A DNA stretch of 64,000 nt from a bacterium (GTDB taxonomy: Bacteria > Zhuqueibacterota > Zhuqueibacteria > Residuimicrobiales > Krinioviventaceae): assembly GCA_963675755.2 (NCBI GenBank), contig CAXXMD010000002.1:1-64000 (forward strand). The letters run 5' to 3'. The notes beneath the pieces were generated by a model. It was given only the letters and a program-made list of their open reading frames with translations. It had not been told where the DNA came from and did not search any database. A program made the position numbers and the translations under genes. How positions within the stretch are numbered: the stretch's first letter is position 1; every line of letters begins with the position of its first letter. This document shows, one piece after another, positions 1-10,700 of this stretch.

Positions 1-523
1 TTGTATTATAATCATTCAAATGGCATCCAAAGCATTCAACGGGTGTGGTTTTGTATTGAATGCGCTGTTCTTTGTAATGGCAGGCTTCACAATCCAATTG
101 TTTGTGTGCCCCGGTTAATGGATAATTAAACTCGTTATGTAAATGTCGCATACGGGTATAATTGATCCAGTTGTCAGGAGTGTGGCAGTTTTCACATTCA
201 GTTCCCAGTTCACCATGATGTATGTCTGTATGACAGTTGAAGCAATGTTTGTCATTTTTTTCAAATTTAAGGTCTGAATGGCATGTTTTACAATTCAGAG
301 AGTTGTGCTTTCCGCCAAGTGAAAATCCGGTTTCCTGTTCATGATTGAATTCAATGTTTTGAGGATCAACCTGCCAGCTTTCATCTGTATGGCACAGTTC
401 GCAATCCATTTCAAATTCATCACTGTGAGGATATTCAGCATCCTCTTGTGATAAAATAATGGTAAATTGACACAATAATGAAATAACAAGCATCAGGAAT
501 ACAAAACTGTATTTGATTTTCAC
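1..523 (-). CDS. Multiheme c-type cytochrome, 5' part (runs off the window start; absent from the ORF track)
   Basis: Manual translation from GTG at 523 (RBS AAAGGA): signal peptide, then six CXXCH motifs in 174 codons (CELCH, CKTCH, CFNCH, CENCH, CEACH, CFGCH) with F.L.G.H / PLTGAH spacers. Confidence 0.9.
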   Translation of the reverse strand, partial: MKIKYSFVFLMLVISLLCQFTIILSQEDAEYPHSDEFEMDCELCHTDESWQVDPQNIEFNHEQETGFSLGGKHNSLNCKTCHSDLKFEKNDKHCFNCHTDIHHGELGTECENCHTPDNWINYTRMRHLHNEFNYPLTGAHKQLDCEACHYKEQRIQYKTTPVECFGCHLNDYNT

Positions 524-820
524 TTTTGTTTCCTTTATTTGATGATCAACATGAATTATAATAAAAGCGCGGAATGGAAGTTAAGAAGAGAGGAGGATAG
601 TTGTAGTAACATGTTGATATTTATATATTAAGGTTGATTAAGGTCCAAAATAGTTTATATGAATATATTCTTTTCTAAAAGTCATTCACTATATATAATT
701 ATAGTACAAACTTGATACCGTTAAAAGAAAAAAACATAATATTAAATGGGGGTGTAGAAAATTACGACTGTTATAATATCGATGAGAATGTGTGGAGTAT
801 TACTTGGAATCGACAATGTT

Positions 821-2191
821 TTATAATAACTCTTTGGGGAAAACTGCTTTGGCAACACGCAATACATTAAGTCCTATTATTTTTTCAATATCCTGGTCAC
901 TGTAACCACGCTGAACCAGCCCAACAGTAAACAGGGGACGATTGGTCCATGCGGTTGATTGGCGCATGTGGGGCTTTTCAACATAATCAAAAGGCGGCCA
1001 GAGCGCTTCCCAGCGGGTACGTGAACGTAACTTCCAGTTCAGAGGCAGTTTACTCTCTTCTTTGTCGGCATTGGGCGAGGGATACCCCATGTCTGTTGCA
1101 ATAGAAACATGGTCACTGCCAAATTTTTTAACCATATAATCGATATGGTCAAGCATGGCAGTTATATCGCCAGCACCCCCAAGAAAACGGGGGATAGCAC
1201 ATATCCCCATCAAACCACCCTTGTCCACAATAGCCTTGATAACATTATCGGGTTTGCAGCGATAATGCGGATGAAGCGCGTGGCAGGCAGAATGGCTCGC
1301 GACTATGGGTTTGTCCGAGATTTGCGCTGCTTCAAGGGATGTGTTAAATCCGCTATGTGCCACATCAACAATAACACCCACGCGGTTCATTTCTTTAACA
1401 ACCAGTCTGCCAAAATCACTCAGTCCCGCATTACTTGACTCACCACAGCCATCACCAATCAGGTTTCGGCGATTGTAGGTGAGGTGCATCATCCGGATGC
1501 CCAGTTGAAAAAACAGACGGATGTATAATAAAGCTTCATCCGTATTGTTTAGCTGGTCTGGTACAGGCACACCATTGCCGCTAAAGTACAAACAGTGCGA
1601 GTTATTTTGACCTGCTTTTTCAATATCCTCAGGTGTAACTGCTTTGGGCAAAAAATTGGGCAGCATATCGGTTAGAAATGTAAAGTTTGATAACCGTTGT
1701 AACAATGTTACGATATTGTTACTCTCTTCTCCGGCATTTTGAAATACACAATTTATACCTGCAGCTTGCTAGGCTTCTACAAATTGTTTTCTTTCATTCA
1801 TATCTACAAGGCAATTTGTACGCTGCTGGTCTTCCATTTTGACCAACAGTTCCTGGGGTGTGCCGCCTTCATCGATTAGTTTACGGATTTCATCACCATT
1901 GATAGCAGAATAGGGGGTGAATCCATATCCTTCTATTACCAATGAATTTCTGTGCAACTCCATACCGTGTTCGTAATCTTTTTTTGACGGTTTTAAAATA
2001 TTCATTGCTACATCGCGCAAATTTTGGATGTATGGATTACTTGCCACACGGTCAATGTCTATGTCTGTATTAATTCCGGCGGATGTGGAATTTTTGGGGT
2101 TCTCTGCTTTGGCTTGTATGCTGGCAGGAATGAGCGGTAATGCTGCACTGGATGCAAGAAATTGTCTGCGGTTGATTGAATTCTTGATCAT
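821..2191 (-). pseudogene. Tat-exported membrane (renal-type, M19) dipeptidase interrupted by one in-frame TAG at 1769-1771
   Basis: ORFs 1769..2191 and 821..1705 share a frame: ...FVEA*QAAGINCVFQNAGEE...; twin-Arg NRRQFL; motifs LTYNRRN, DVAH, ASHS, HIDY, ATD. Confidence 0.8.
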
Positions 2192-2268
2192 ATTATTGAT
2201 CCTGTAAAATTATGGTGATTTTATATATCGGAAAATATACAGAATCAAGAACAGGATCAAGTGTTTTT

Positions 2269-3537
2269 TCAAGAAGCAGGTTCTTTGACTGTCCAAAGTT
2301 TTAAAATGAAATAAGTATATAGAATCAATCCAAGATACAGACCAAACAAAATTACCTGGTTGCTGTTGGTATAATGGTATGCAATTTTCGCATAAGCAAA
2401 GGGAAAAAGTTGGCCAATAATGGTAATACCCCACAACAGCCATGCACCGATAGAATTTTCACTGCGTATATATTTAAAAGCGATGATAATAGGTACAAAC
2501 AGCATGAAAAAATAGTGCATCCAGGCTATGGGTGCGGTTATGATTTGTAAAATAATCAATTGTGCAACAATGATATCATAATGCCCGTCCAGTTTTTTTC
2601 TGGCTCGATAAACACTGATGAAAAATAATGAAAAAAGAAGTATGGAAATCAATGTTGATGTGACAGAAACCCATGCCGGTGTTTGATACATGTACCATTG
2701 TTTCACGGAATCCAGAGTCATTGTAGTGCGCATGAGATAGGCGCGAATGCTATGGTTTCCATATCCAGTCAGGGTAATGCTGCTAATTTGCTGGATCCGT
2801 TCCAGAAAATTGAGGTGACTCTGCCATCCTGCCAGTATTAAACTGGTTATACCTAACAATGCTCCACCTGTCAATGCGCCCCACAATGCACGCATTCTTT
2901 TTTTTATCATCCAGTAAAACAATATAATAATTGGAGTGATTTTAATGGCAATGGGGAATGCCATAACCATTCCGCCAATAAACGGTTTGTTTTTATGATC
3001 AAGATATAATCCCAGAATCATAAAGAAAAATAAAATGGGGTGGGTCTGCATTAAAAACAGGGTATATCTAAAGGGCATTGTAAGCGAAAAGATAATTAAA
3101 AACAGCATTAAAGGTATGGATTCCAGAAATTCAGGCGCCCACATTTTAAATGACAGTAATATAGAGCCTAACAGTGATAACAGGATAATGATATGAAAAA
3201 TGTGCGTAAATTCAGGGTATTGTAAATATTTGACAAGTGGCTGCAGCAATCCTGCCCATAAAGGGATTTGCACATACGGGTGCAGAATATCCATACCGCA
3301 CTCGGATTCCTCTGCGATCTGGTCCCATAGTTCATCATCCTGTTCAGGATACTGGTTTTTATCATAGCTGTATAAATGATCAATTTCACCTTTTAACAGA
3401 ATCTTTGAACCAATATATCCACTGGCAAGGTCCTGACCTTTAGAATGCCAGTCATAAAACAAATTTATACCAAACCATCCGGCAATGATCAATGCAATTA
3501 AAAGGTACTGGGACTGTTGCGTACCATTGTTTTTCAT
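2269..3537 (-). CDS. GT-C fold membrane glycosyltransferase (GT87/DUF2029-like)
   Basis: Multi-TM protein; D..Y after TM1, HPYVQIP, IKITP, PIAWMHY motifs. Confidence 0.7.
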   Translation of the reverse strand: MKNNGTQQSQYLLIALIIAGWFGINLFYDWHSKGQDLASGYIGSKILLKGEIDHLYSYDKNQYPEQDDELWDQIAEESECGMDILHPYVQIPLWAGLLQPLVKYLQYPEFTHIFHIIILLSLLGSILLSFKMWAPEFLESIPLMLFLIIFSLTMPFRYTLFLMQTHPILFFFMILGLYLDHKNKPFIGGMVMAFPIAIKITPIIILFYWMIKKRMRALWGALTGGALLGITSLILAGWQSHLNFLERIQQISSITLTGYGNHSIRAYLMRTTMTLDSVKQWYMYQTPAWVSVTSTLISILLFSLFFISVYRARKKLDGHYDIIVAQLIILQIITAPIAWMHYFFMLFVPIIIAFKYIRSENSIGAWLLWGITIIGQLFPFAYAKIAYHYTNSNQVILFGLYLGLILYTYFILKLWTVKEPAS

Positions 3538-3681
3538 CTTGTAACCACCTGATATTTAAACATTGAATTGTCTCAAACAGGGTTGCAATTTTCAGACCAG
3601 GCGAATGTATTTATTTTATTTAAAATTCTTTTGCATTGTATGTGAAAAAATTATTATAATATAAGAGAGGAGGAATTGGTC

Positions 3682-4959
3682 ATGGCACACCGAACACTAC
3701 GTAATGGATACTCGCAATTTTCTGAACGAGTCAATCGTTTCCCCCAGGGAGCACCCACATCAGAATCTCTGTTCAAGATCTTGAAAATATTAATGAGTGA
3801 AAAAGAAGCCTCTTTACTTGCTCAAATACCCATAAAACCTTTTACAGTTGATAAAGCCGCAAAGATCTGGAAGATATCCCTGGCAGAATCCCAAAACATA
3901 TTGGAAGAGCTTGCCAGTAGAGCAATATTGCTGGATATTGAAGTGAATGGCGAGTCTACCTATGTACTGCCGCCGCCAATGGCAGGTTTTTTTGAATTTT
4001 CCATGATGCGCATTCGTGATGATATTGATCAAAAATTACTCGGTGAATTGTTTTACCAGTACCTGAATGTGGAAGAAGAATTTATCAGAGATTTGTTTAC
4101 CGATGGTGAAACCCAACTTGGCAGGACCTTTGTGAATGAAGATGCTTTGCCGGATACGGATGCCCTGTATGTGCTCGATTACGAGCGCGCAACTCAGGTG
4201 ATTGAAACCGCTACCCATATGGGAGTAGGAGTGTGTTATTGCCGCCATAAAATGGAGCATATGGACCGTGCCTGTGATGCGCCTCAGGACATTTGTATGA
4301 CGTTTAATGGATCGGCTGAATCTTTGATCAAGCATGGGCATGCCCGGCAAGTGGACAAGGTAGAGGGGCTTGAACTGCTGCACAAAGCGTGGGAGCATAA
4401 TCTGGTACAGTTTGGGGAAAATGTGCGCGAGAGTGTGAACTTTATCTGCAACTGTTGCGGCTGCTGCTGCGAGGCCATGATAGCCCAGCGCAAGTTTGCG
4501 GTTATGAATCCCATCCATACCACCAATTTTTTACCTGTTGTAAATGAACATGCCTGTACCGGATGCGGTAAATGTGTTACGGCATGTCCGGTTGAGGCCA
4601 TGACCTTGATCTCTGCAAACGACCCTCACAAACCCAAACGCAAAATTGCCAAAGTGGATAATGATACTTGCCTGGGTTGCGGGGTATGTGTGCGGGTATG
4701 CAAAGATGCTCTGTCTTTAAAACCCCGTGAAAAACGGGTAATCACGCCTTTGAACGGAGCGCATAAAGCCGTGGTAATGGCAATTGAACGGGGAAAATTG
4801 CAGCACCTGATTTTTGATAATCACGCTCTATGGAGTCATAGGGCCATGGCAGCGATTTTGGGCGTTTTGGTCAAATTGCCACCTGTCAAACAAACATTGG
4901 CCAATGAACAGATTAAATCCCGCTATTTAGAAGCATTAATCAAGCGGAAGGGATATTGA
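3682..4959 (+). CDS. 4Fe-4S dicluster domain protein with N-terminal winged-helix-like region
   Basis: CYCRH, ICNCCGCCC, CTGCGKCVTACP, CLGCGVCVRVC; RBS GAGGAGG before ATG 3682. Confidence 0.85.
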   Translation: MAHRTLRNGYSQFSERVNRFPQGAPTSESLFKILKILMSEKEASLLAQIPIKPFTVDKAAKIWKISLAESQNILEELASRAILLDIEVNGESTYVLPPPMAGFFEFSMMRIRDDIDQKLLGELFYQYLNVEEEFIRDLFTDGETQLGRTFVNEDALPDTDALYVLDYERATQVIETATHMGVGVCYCRHKMEHMDRACDAPQDICMTFNGSAESLIKHGHARQVDKVEGLELLHKAWEHNLVQFGENVRESVNFICNCCGCCCEAMIAQRKFAVMNPIHTTNFLPVVNEHACTGCGKCVTACPVEAMTLISANDPHKPKRKIAKVDNDTCLGCGVCVRVCKDALSLKPREKRVITPLNGAHKAVVMAIERGKLQHLIFDNHALWSHRAMAAILGVLVKLPPVKQTLANEQIKSRYLEALIKRKGY

Positions 4960-4973
4960 TAGAGGGATTTTTC

Positions 4974-5002
4974 TTGAATTTTTGATTAAAATAGCTTATG
5001 AT
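4974..5002 (+). promoter_or_regulatory. Sigma70-type promoter for the CRISPR array
   Basis: TTGAAT-N17-TATGAT ending 63 nt before repeat 1; orientation agrees with the crRNA strand implied by tracrRNA pairing. Confidence 0.6.
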
Positions 5003-5008
5003 TTTATA

Positions 5009-5021
5009 TGTTCTTTGACAA
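5009..5021 (+). promoter_or_regulatory. boxA-like antitermination element in the CRISPR leader
   Basis: TGTTCTTTGACAA resembles rrn boxA (TGCTCTTTAACA / GTTCTTTGAAAA) and lies just after the predicted -10. Confidence 0.5.
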
Positions 5022-5065
5022 TTAAATCCGTAAACGGCATGACGTAAAACACCATACATGTTTCG

Positions 5066-6418
5066 GTTGTGGTTGGTTTACAAGATCAGGTTTAAAACAG
5101 TAGTTATCGAACAGGCGTTGTATACCGGTCTGTTGTGGTTGGTTTACAAGATCAGGTTTAAAACAGTCAAGTGGTTGAGGATAGCAGGCAGTTTAGGGTT
5201 GTGGTTGGTTTACAAGATCAGGTTTAAAACAGTGGTAAATCAATTGCTGTTAGTTATAATAGGTTGTGGTTGGTTTACAAGATCAGGTTTAAAACAGTCA
5301 AGATCACATATTTATCATTGGTTTCATTGTTGTGGTTGGTTTACAAGATCAGGTTTAAAACAGTAAAAATTTGAAAGCGCCGACAGGGCAGAGTGTTGTG
5401 GTTGGTTTACAAGATCAGGTTTAAAACAGTATGTCAGTGCAAAAGAATTTCATATTACTTGTTGTGGTTGGTTTACAAGATCAGGTTTAAAACAGTAAAA
5501 CCAACGGTTTTGCCTTTAGCCTTTGGGTTGTGGTTGGTTTACAAGATCAGGTTTAAAACAGTAAATAATCCAGACCGTTATCATAATCTGGTGTTGTGGT
5601 TGGTTTACAAGATCAGGTTTAAAACAGTCCTTTGCTGGTTATTGGGTTATGCTTGGTTGTTGTGGTTGGTTTACAAGATCAGGTTTAAAACAGTATCTTA
5701 GCATATACCCAGTTGTTGTTGTATGTTGTGGTTGGTTTACAAGATCAGGTTTAAAACAGTTTTGTTTTCTTTTGCCGGAATCCGTTTGTGGTTGTGGTTG
5801 GTTTACAAGATCAGGTTTAAAACAGTTATATATGGTAAATGGAACGGATGCTGCATGTTGTGGTTGGTTTACAAGATCAGGTTTAAAACAGTATGGATGG
5901 TTTTCAAATCTTATAAATTATAGTTGTGGTTGGTTTACAAGATCAGGTTTAAAACAGTTTCCTGATGAAAATGGATTATATGCCAGATGTTGTGGTTGGT
6001 TTACAAGATCAGGTTTAAAACAGTTTTCTGCAAGGCTTGTAAGTGAAGTTTTTGTTGTGGTTGGTTTACAAGATCAGGTTTAAAACAGTCCAGTTGCAGC
6101 TTTGCCACCGGTGATATAGGTTGTGGTTGGTTTACAAGATCAGGTTTAAAACAGTCCTCGGTCATGGCATTCTGATAGTCTTTGGGTTGTGGTTGGTTTA
6201 CAAGATCAGGTTTAAAACAGTAGTGATAATTCAACAGCCTCGGCGGTTACTGTTGTGGTTGGTTTACAAGATCAGGTTTAAAACAGTCCATCAGTATTTA
6301 CATCCATCCATGCGATGTTGTGGTTGGTTTACAAGATCAGGTTTAAAACAGTAAATTATACTTGTAAACTTGCTATTACTAGGTTGTGGTTGGTTTACAA
6401 GATCAGGTTTAAAACAGT
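5066..6418 (+). CRISPR. Type II-C CRISPR array, 21 identical 36-nt repeats, 20 spacers (17 x 30 nt, 3 x 29 nt)
   Basis: Repeat GTTGTGGTTGGTTTACAAGATCAGGTTTAAAACAGT at 5066, 5132, 5198, 5263 ... 6317, 6383; adjacent to cas2; complementary to the tracrRNA. Confidence 0.99.
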
Positions 6419-6520
6419 ACGTCCGCTATAACCCCCTGTTTTGGGGGTATTTACAGGCATTTTCGGGGAAATAAACCACCCCAAATGTGCCTTTGGCGGA
6501 CAAATTCTGTTCGTTTTTTG

Positions 6521-6850
6521 TTAAAACATTTCCAATTGCTGGCCCCCACTGGGCGGGGGAACGGCCTTTCGGCGTTCAAATGTCTGTATTTGACTGAATT
6601 GTTTGTCCGTTACGCGTAATATACTGACCTGTCCCTTGGGCGGCAGGGCCTTTTCTACCCGTTTACTGTGTATATTAGAGTTTTCTGAACTGGCACAATG
6701 CCTTAAATAGACGGAATATTGCATTTGTGTGAATCCGTCTTTTAATAAATACTTGCGAAAACGGGTATAGTTTTTCCTGTCGGTTTTTGTTTTGGTGGGC
6801 AGGTCAAAAAAGACTACCAGCCACATAATTCGCCACGGATTTAATTGCAT
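6521..6850 (-). CDS. cas2: CRISPR-associated endonuclease Cas2
   Basis: MWLVVFFDLPT...FRKYLLKDGFTQMQYSVYLRHC...VTDKQF, typical type II Cas2. Confidence 0.97.
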   Translation of the reverse strand: MQLNPWRIMWLVVFFDLPTKTKTDRKNYTRFRKYLLKDGFTQMQYSVYLRHCASSENSNIHSKRVEKALPPKGQVSILRVTDKQFSQIQTFERRKAVPPPSGGQQLEMF

Positions 6851-6868
6851 TTTTTTATCAATTTTTTG

Positions 6869-7756
6869 TTAAAACGAAGGGTAAACCGGTCTTTTTTGCC
6901 CTTCGGTAAAGCACCGTTTAACCGATGCTGCTGTTCTTGCCGCCGCAAGGTGAAGAGGCTTTACTTCGCCCTGCATCATTACGCCCGTTGCCGGTATTTC
7001 CAATAGTATTTTTTTCAATTCCGGGGTCAGGTTGCCAATGTCCGGTTCTTCCTGGGCCATGTTCCACACCATATCGTCAACAAAGGGACGGTAAGGTTCC
7101 ATAATGTCATCCGCTAACGGAAACGGATTATTGCGGTTATGGTGGTGCACACCAAGCATGGGCAGTAATCCCGCTCCACACAGAGCCCTTGCTATAACCC
7201 CGCGCAAAATCGCGTATCCGTAATTCAATAAATTGTTGGGCGGTTTTCCGTAACGGTGCCGTTTAAAGCGGTACGGATCAAACAACAATTGCCAATAGAG
7301 TTTGGCTGCCGCCGCTTCCCGGTTGGTTACGTCTCCGCTTTGCACCTCTAACGCAAGATCGCGCAGGGGATTATCGGTTGCTCCCACACGGTCAAGCAGG
7401 GCCGCCTGATTCAATATTTTTGAGCGAATGGTAGCCTGCCAAATGCGTTTGTGCGTGGGAACAGGTGCGTTGATCTGCGCTCTGAACGATTCTGTCTGGG
7501 CGTGGTTGCCTGCCATGGGTAAAAACATGCCCGCGGGCATGTGGGTTTCATCGGTGGTAATTACCATTACGTTATGAAACATGAGCTCGTTCAAAGCGTA
7601 ATGCGATATGGTAATACCAAAGTGGTCAAGCACAATAAAACCCAGATCTTCAAGCGGCACGGTTACGTTTTTTTCATCTTGGCGCTCTATGACAAGCTGA
7701 AGGTCCTTAACCCGCAAACGGGCTGGATTGCCAAAATAAAGTGTCCGTTTAATCAT
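6869..7756 (-). CDS. cas1: CRISPR-associated endonuclease Cas1 (type II)
   Basis: MIKRTLYFGNP, VPLEDLG, NREAAAA, NNLLNYGYAILR, GVHHHN, LADDIMEPYRP; start overlaps the cas9 stop. Confidence 0.97.
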   Translation of the reverse strand: MIKRTLYFGNPARLRVKDLQLVIERQDEKNVTVPLEDLGFIVLDHFGITISHYALNELMFHNVMVITTDETHMPAGMFLPMAGNHAQTESFRAQINAPVPTHKRIWQATIRSKILNQAALLDRVGATDNPLRDLALEVQSGDVTNREAAAAKLYWQLLFDPYRFKRHRYGKPPNNLLNYGYAILRGVIARALCGAGLLPMLGVHHHNRNNPFPLADDIMEPYRPFVDDMVWNMAQEEPDIGNLTPELKKILLEIPATGVMMQGEVKPLHLAAARTAASVKRCFTEGQKRPVYPSF

Positions 7757-10700
7757 GGCACATCTCGATTTTGCCTAAAGGATTAATTTTGATTTTAATT
7801 CCAGTTATTGTATTGGGATTAGGTCTCAACACACCAGGATCAGCTTCACCACTTAAAGATATTGTATGATGTCGTAATGTGATTTGTTTACTAATTTTTT
7901 GAATTCTATATAATTTAGTTGTTAGTGATAATATGTCCGGGTTTTCCCAATCCACATCCTGCGGTTTTGTATCTACCAGAAAAATATCATTAATTTCCAA
8001 AGACATGACAAATTCGGGGTATTGCTCTTCACGGGGTTGTTTGTTTATAATTGGCAGTCCTTGTTTTTTACGCTGTACTGCTTCAAACAAGGTTATAACA
8101 TACCCCGTTCTTTTTTTACCGTCACGGGTTGCAAATATTTCTATATGATGGTTGTTACCCGGCTCTACAAATAATTTATGATCTTTGTACAATTGTATCA
8201 TATTGCTGGTTGGTATTTTTACCCTAACACTTTTGATCTTGTTGCCGGTATTGGGGTGCATGACAGGTTCGGTAAACGCGTCTTTGGGGATTTTGAATTT
8301 ACCAGATGTGTCTATACCTTTTTCATGCAAACGCTCAAGTATGAGCTGCCGTGTTTCGCTGTTTACTATATTGGTAATCATTTTAGGGGTTAGCGCTTCA
8401 ATCTGTTTTCTGACCACATACACAGCTTTACCGCTTTCAGGATCTGTGATTTGTCCGTAATTGGTTTCCTCGTGCAGTTTACCACGCGGGCGGTTGCGTT
8501 TATGAAACGAAACCAGAATGTTATTGACTGATTCTTCCGCATGATTGTGAAAATGGTCCCACGGCATAGGAAACCGATGATCTGACGCTTTAACATATCT
8601 GGCATCAAGATTGTATTTTTGATAGGTGCTGAGGGTGCGCATCATTGACTGGGTAGTGTTGGCTATAACCAATGCGTCTATGGCATGGTGGCGGTGGTCA
8701 TCCCTGGTTTTGATTTTAATATCTCCTGAAAGAATATCATTCAAACCCCACAAGTATCTCAACTTGGCCGTTGCGCCCCCTTTAATAACATGTACTTTGG
8801 GGCAAATTTGTTTCAGATATTTTGATGCCTCCCTTGAAATATAGGCTGTATCATTGAGTTGTTTGTGAAAAAATTCTTCTGATAATGTTTTATCTACATC
8901 TTGAAGTTGGAACTTTGTCAACTTGCCGTTACGCTTTCCGTTTGTTTTGAATTTTTTTACTCTTTCAACCATAAATTCATATTCCGGTAAATGCCCAAAG
9001 GCTTCAAAGGGGGTTTTATTGCTCTTTTTCAGATTATAATCCTTACGGCACAAGGTTTTATTGGCATAGCTGTCATCAAGACTGCGGCTGTAAGGGATTA
9101 TGTGCTCTATTTCATATTCACCATTATATAGATCGGTAAATCCTATTCTGTCCCCGGTATAGGGGTCAATTTCGTTACTTTCCTGCCAAAGCAGATATTT
9201 AATTACATCATCACGCCCGGGATCAATATTGTTCATCTCATTTTGCAGTCTGATTTTAATTGCGTCTCTTTCGCGTTGACGTTGAATGTTTTCTATTCTA
9301 ATCTGTTCACGTCTGTCTTTGGGCATTTTAAGCTCTCGTGCAAGTTCTACTCTTATTATGTCCGGTTGACCATGTTCCTGAATAATTGTATTTACAACTT
9401 TTTTTAATTGAAACATGGTTTGCTGAACAATAGGGTTGCGAACGTTGGGAGGATCATCTAAATAATCTTGTATTTCAATATCATTTATTTTTGAATGATG
9501 ATAGCCCGCGTTTAACGCGGCTTCGTCGTATCTCAGGCTGGTTTCCAGTTCAGGAATGAGCTTTTTCATAGCCTTGTTAGATAACCTGCCGTATCCGTTA
9601 TTTGGCCCGCTTTCCATTGTGGTTTTCATTAGACGATCTATCTGTTTATCATCCAGATTCCATTTTTCTTTGGCGTATTTTTTTAACCAGTCATCATCGT
9701 TTGAAAAATGGATTGTGTGCCAGATATAATAGATATAATCCTCAGACATGCTTGCATATCTGTCTTTACCAAATATTTGTTTTATTTCAAATCCTGTAAT
9801 ATTACCCAATAACTTGTCAAGATCAAGATTGATTACAGCGTCATCTTCTAATCCCAATATCTTGTGAAGGGTATCCATTTTTACTTCTTTAGCTTCCTTG
9901 AGCTTATTGATGAGAATTTCACGTTCCTGTGGATTTAGCTGTTCATTTACCCGTGAACTGTCTGTGACATGGATACGATTTACCTGTTCCAGAATTCTAA
10001 AATATTGAAAGACCGGGGAGCTTTTTGGTGAGCAGCGTTTCTTGGGTTCAAACGTACAATACCCAATTGTATGTTTCTGACTTTTTAATTTTCTTTGATA
10101 AAAAATAATTTCTTCAATTTCTTTTTTTACCTGATCTGTTAATTGCTCAGGATAATACTTTTGCTGTTTTAACCACAGTGCGTCAAATTCATCTTTATAC
10201 CATTTACGTAATGTATATCGGCTTCTTCGTCTCTGTTCAGGGTCATTGATATCTATAGAAGCCAAATATTGCCCCAAGGTTTGATATTTATTGTCTTTCA
10301 TTTTTTCTTTAGCTTCATCAATGCCATGTACATGTCCGCTGCCTTTGAAAATCGCGCCATCTTCTTTTGAAGCTGTTTTCCGGTTAGATTTAAAACCCCT
10401 TCGTTGATTAATATGAAAGAGCGCTCGTCCCAATTCATATAATTCCAGTTTTTCTGACAAGCCTTTATTTCTGAGCTCATATGGATCATTGTCTTTAAAA
10501 TAATCAACGTAATCAGTTTCTGTCACGGGAAAGAGGTTGTGTTTTTTTAATATTTTAACCAGCAGATCCCGCCGCATTTTATATCGTGAATTTCTTCTTC
10601 GTGCCCCTCTGGCGTCTCGTCTGTCTTTGTTTTTTGATACTTCACTACCCGTTGTATTTCTATTTATACCTTCCTGAAAAATGCGAACCCCGGAATTTAT

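Noticed and set aside
295-489. 64-aa ORF from the track, and the many short antisense or overlapping ORFs across the window
   Set aside because: Shadow frames of well-supported genes; here the cytochrome frame is the real one.
3682-4959. 4Fe-4S protein as a Cas4 or other CRISPR accessory
   Set aside because: Ferredoxin-type CxxCxxCxxxC motifs with no RecB nuclease motif; a common anaerobe protein flanking the locus.
5000-5035. Degenerate terminal repeat one period upstream of repeat 1
   Set aside because: No convincing similarity to the repeat; the region is better explained as promoter, boxA and leader.
5058-6354. Several ORFs with repeating LWLVYKIRFKTV / CGWFTRSGLKQ
   Set aside because: Translations of the CRISPR repeat; the 66-nt period is a multiple of 3.
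5102-6382. Self-targeting or duplicated spacers
   Set aside because: By eye no spacer repeats or matches elsewhere in the window beyond short chance words; a proper BLAST was not possible.
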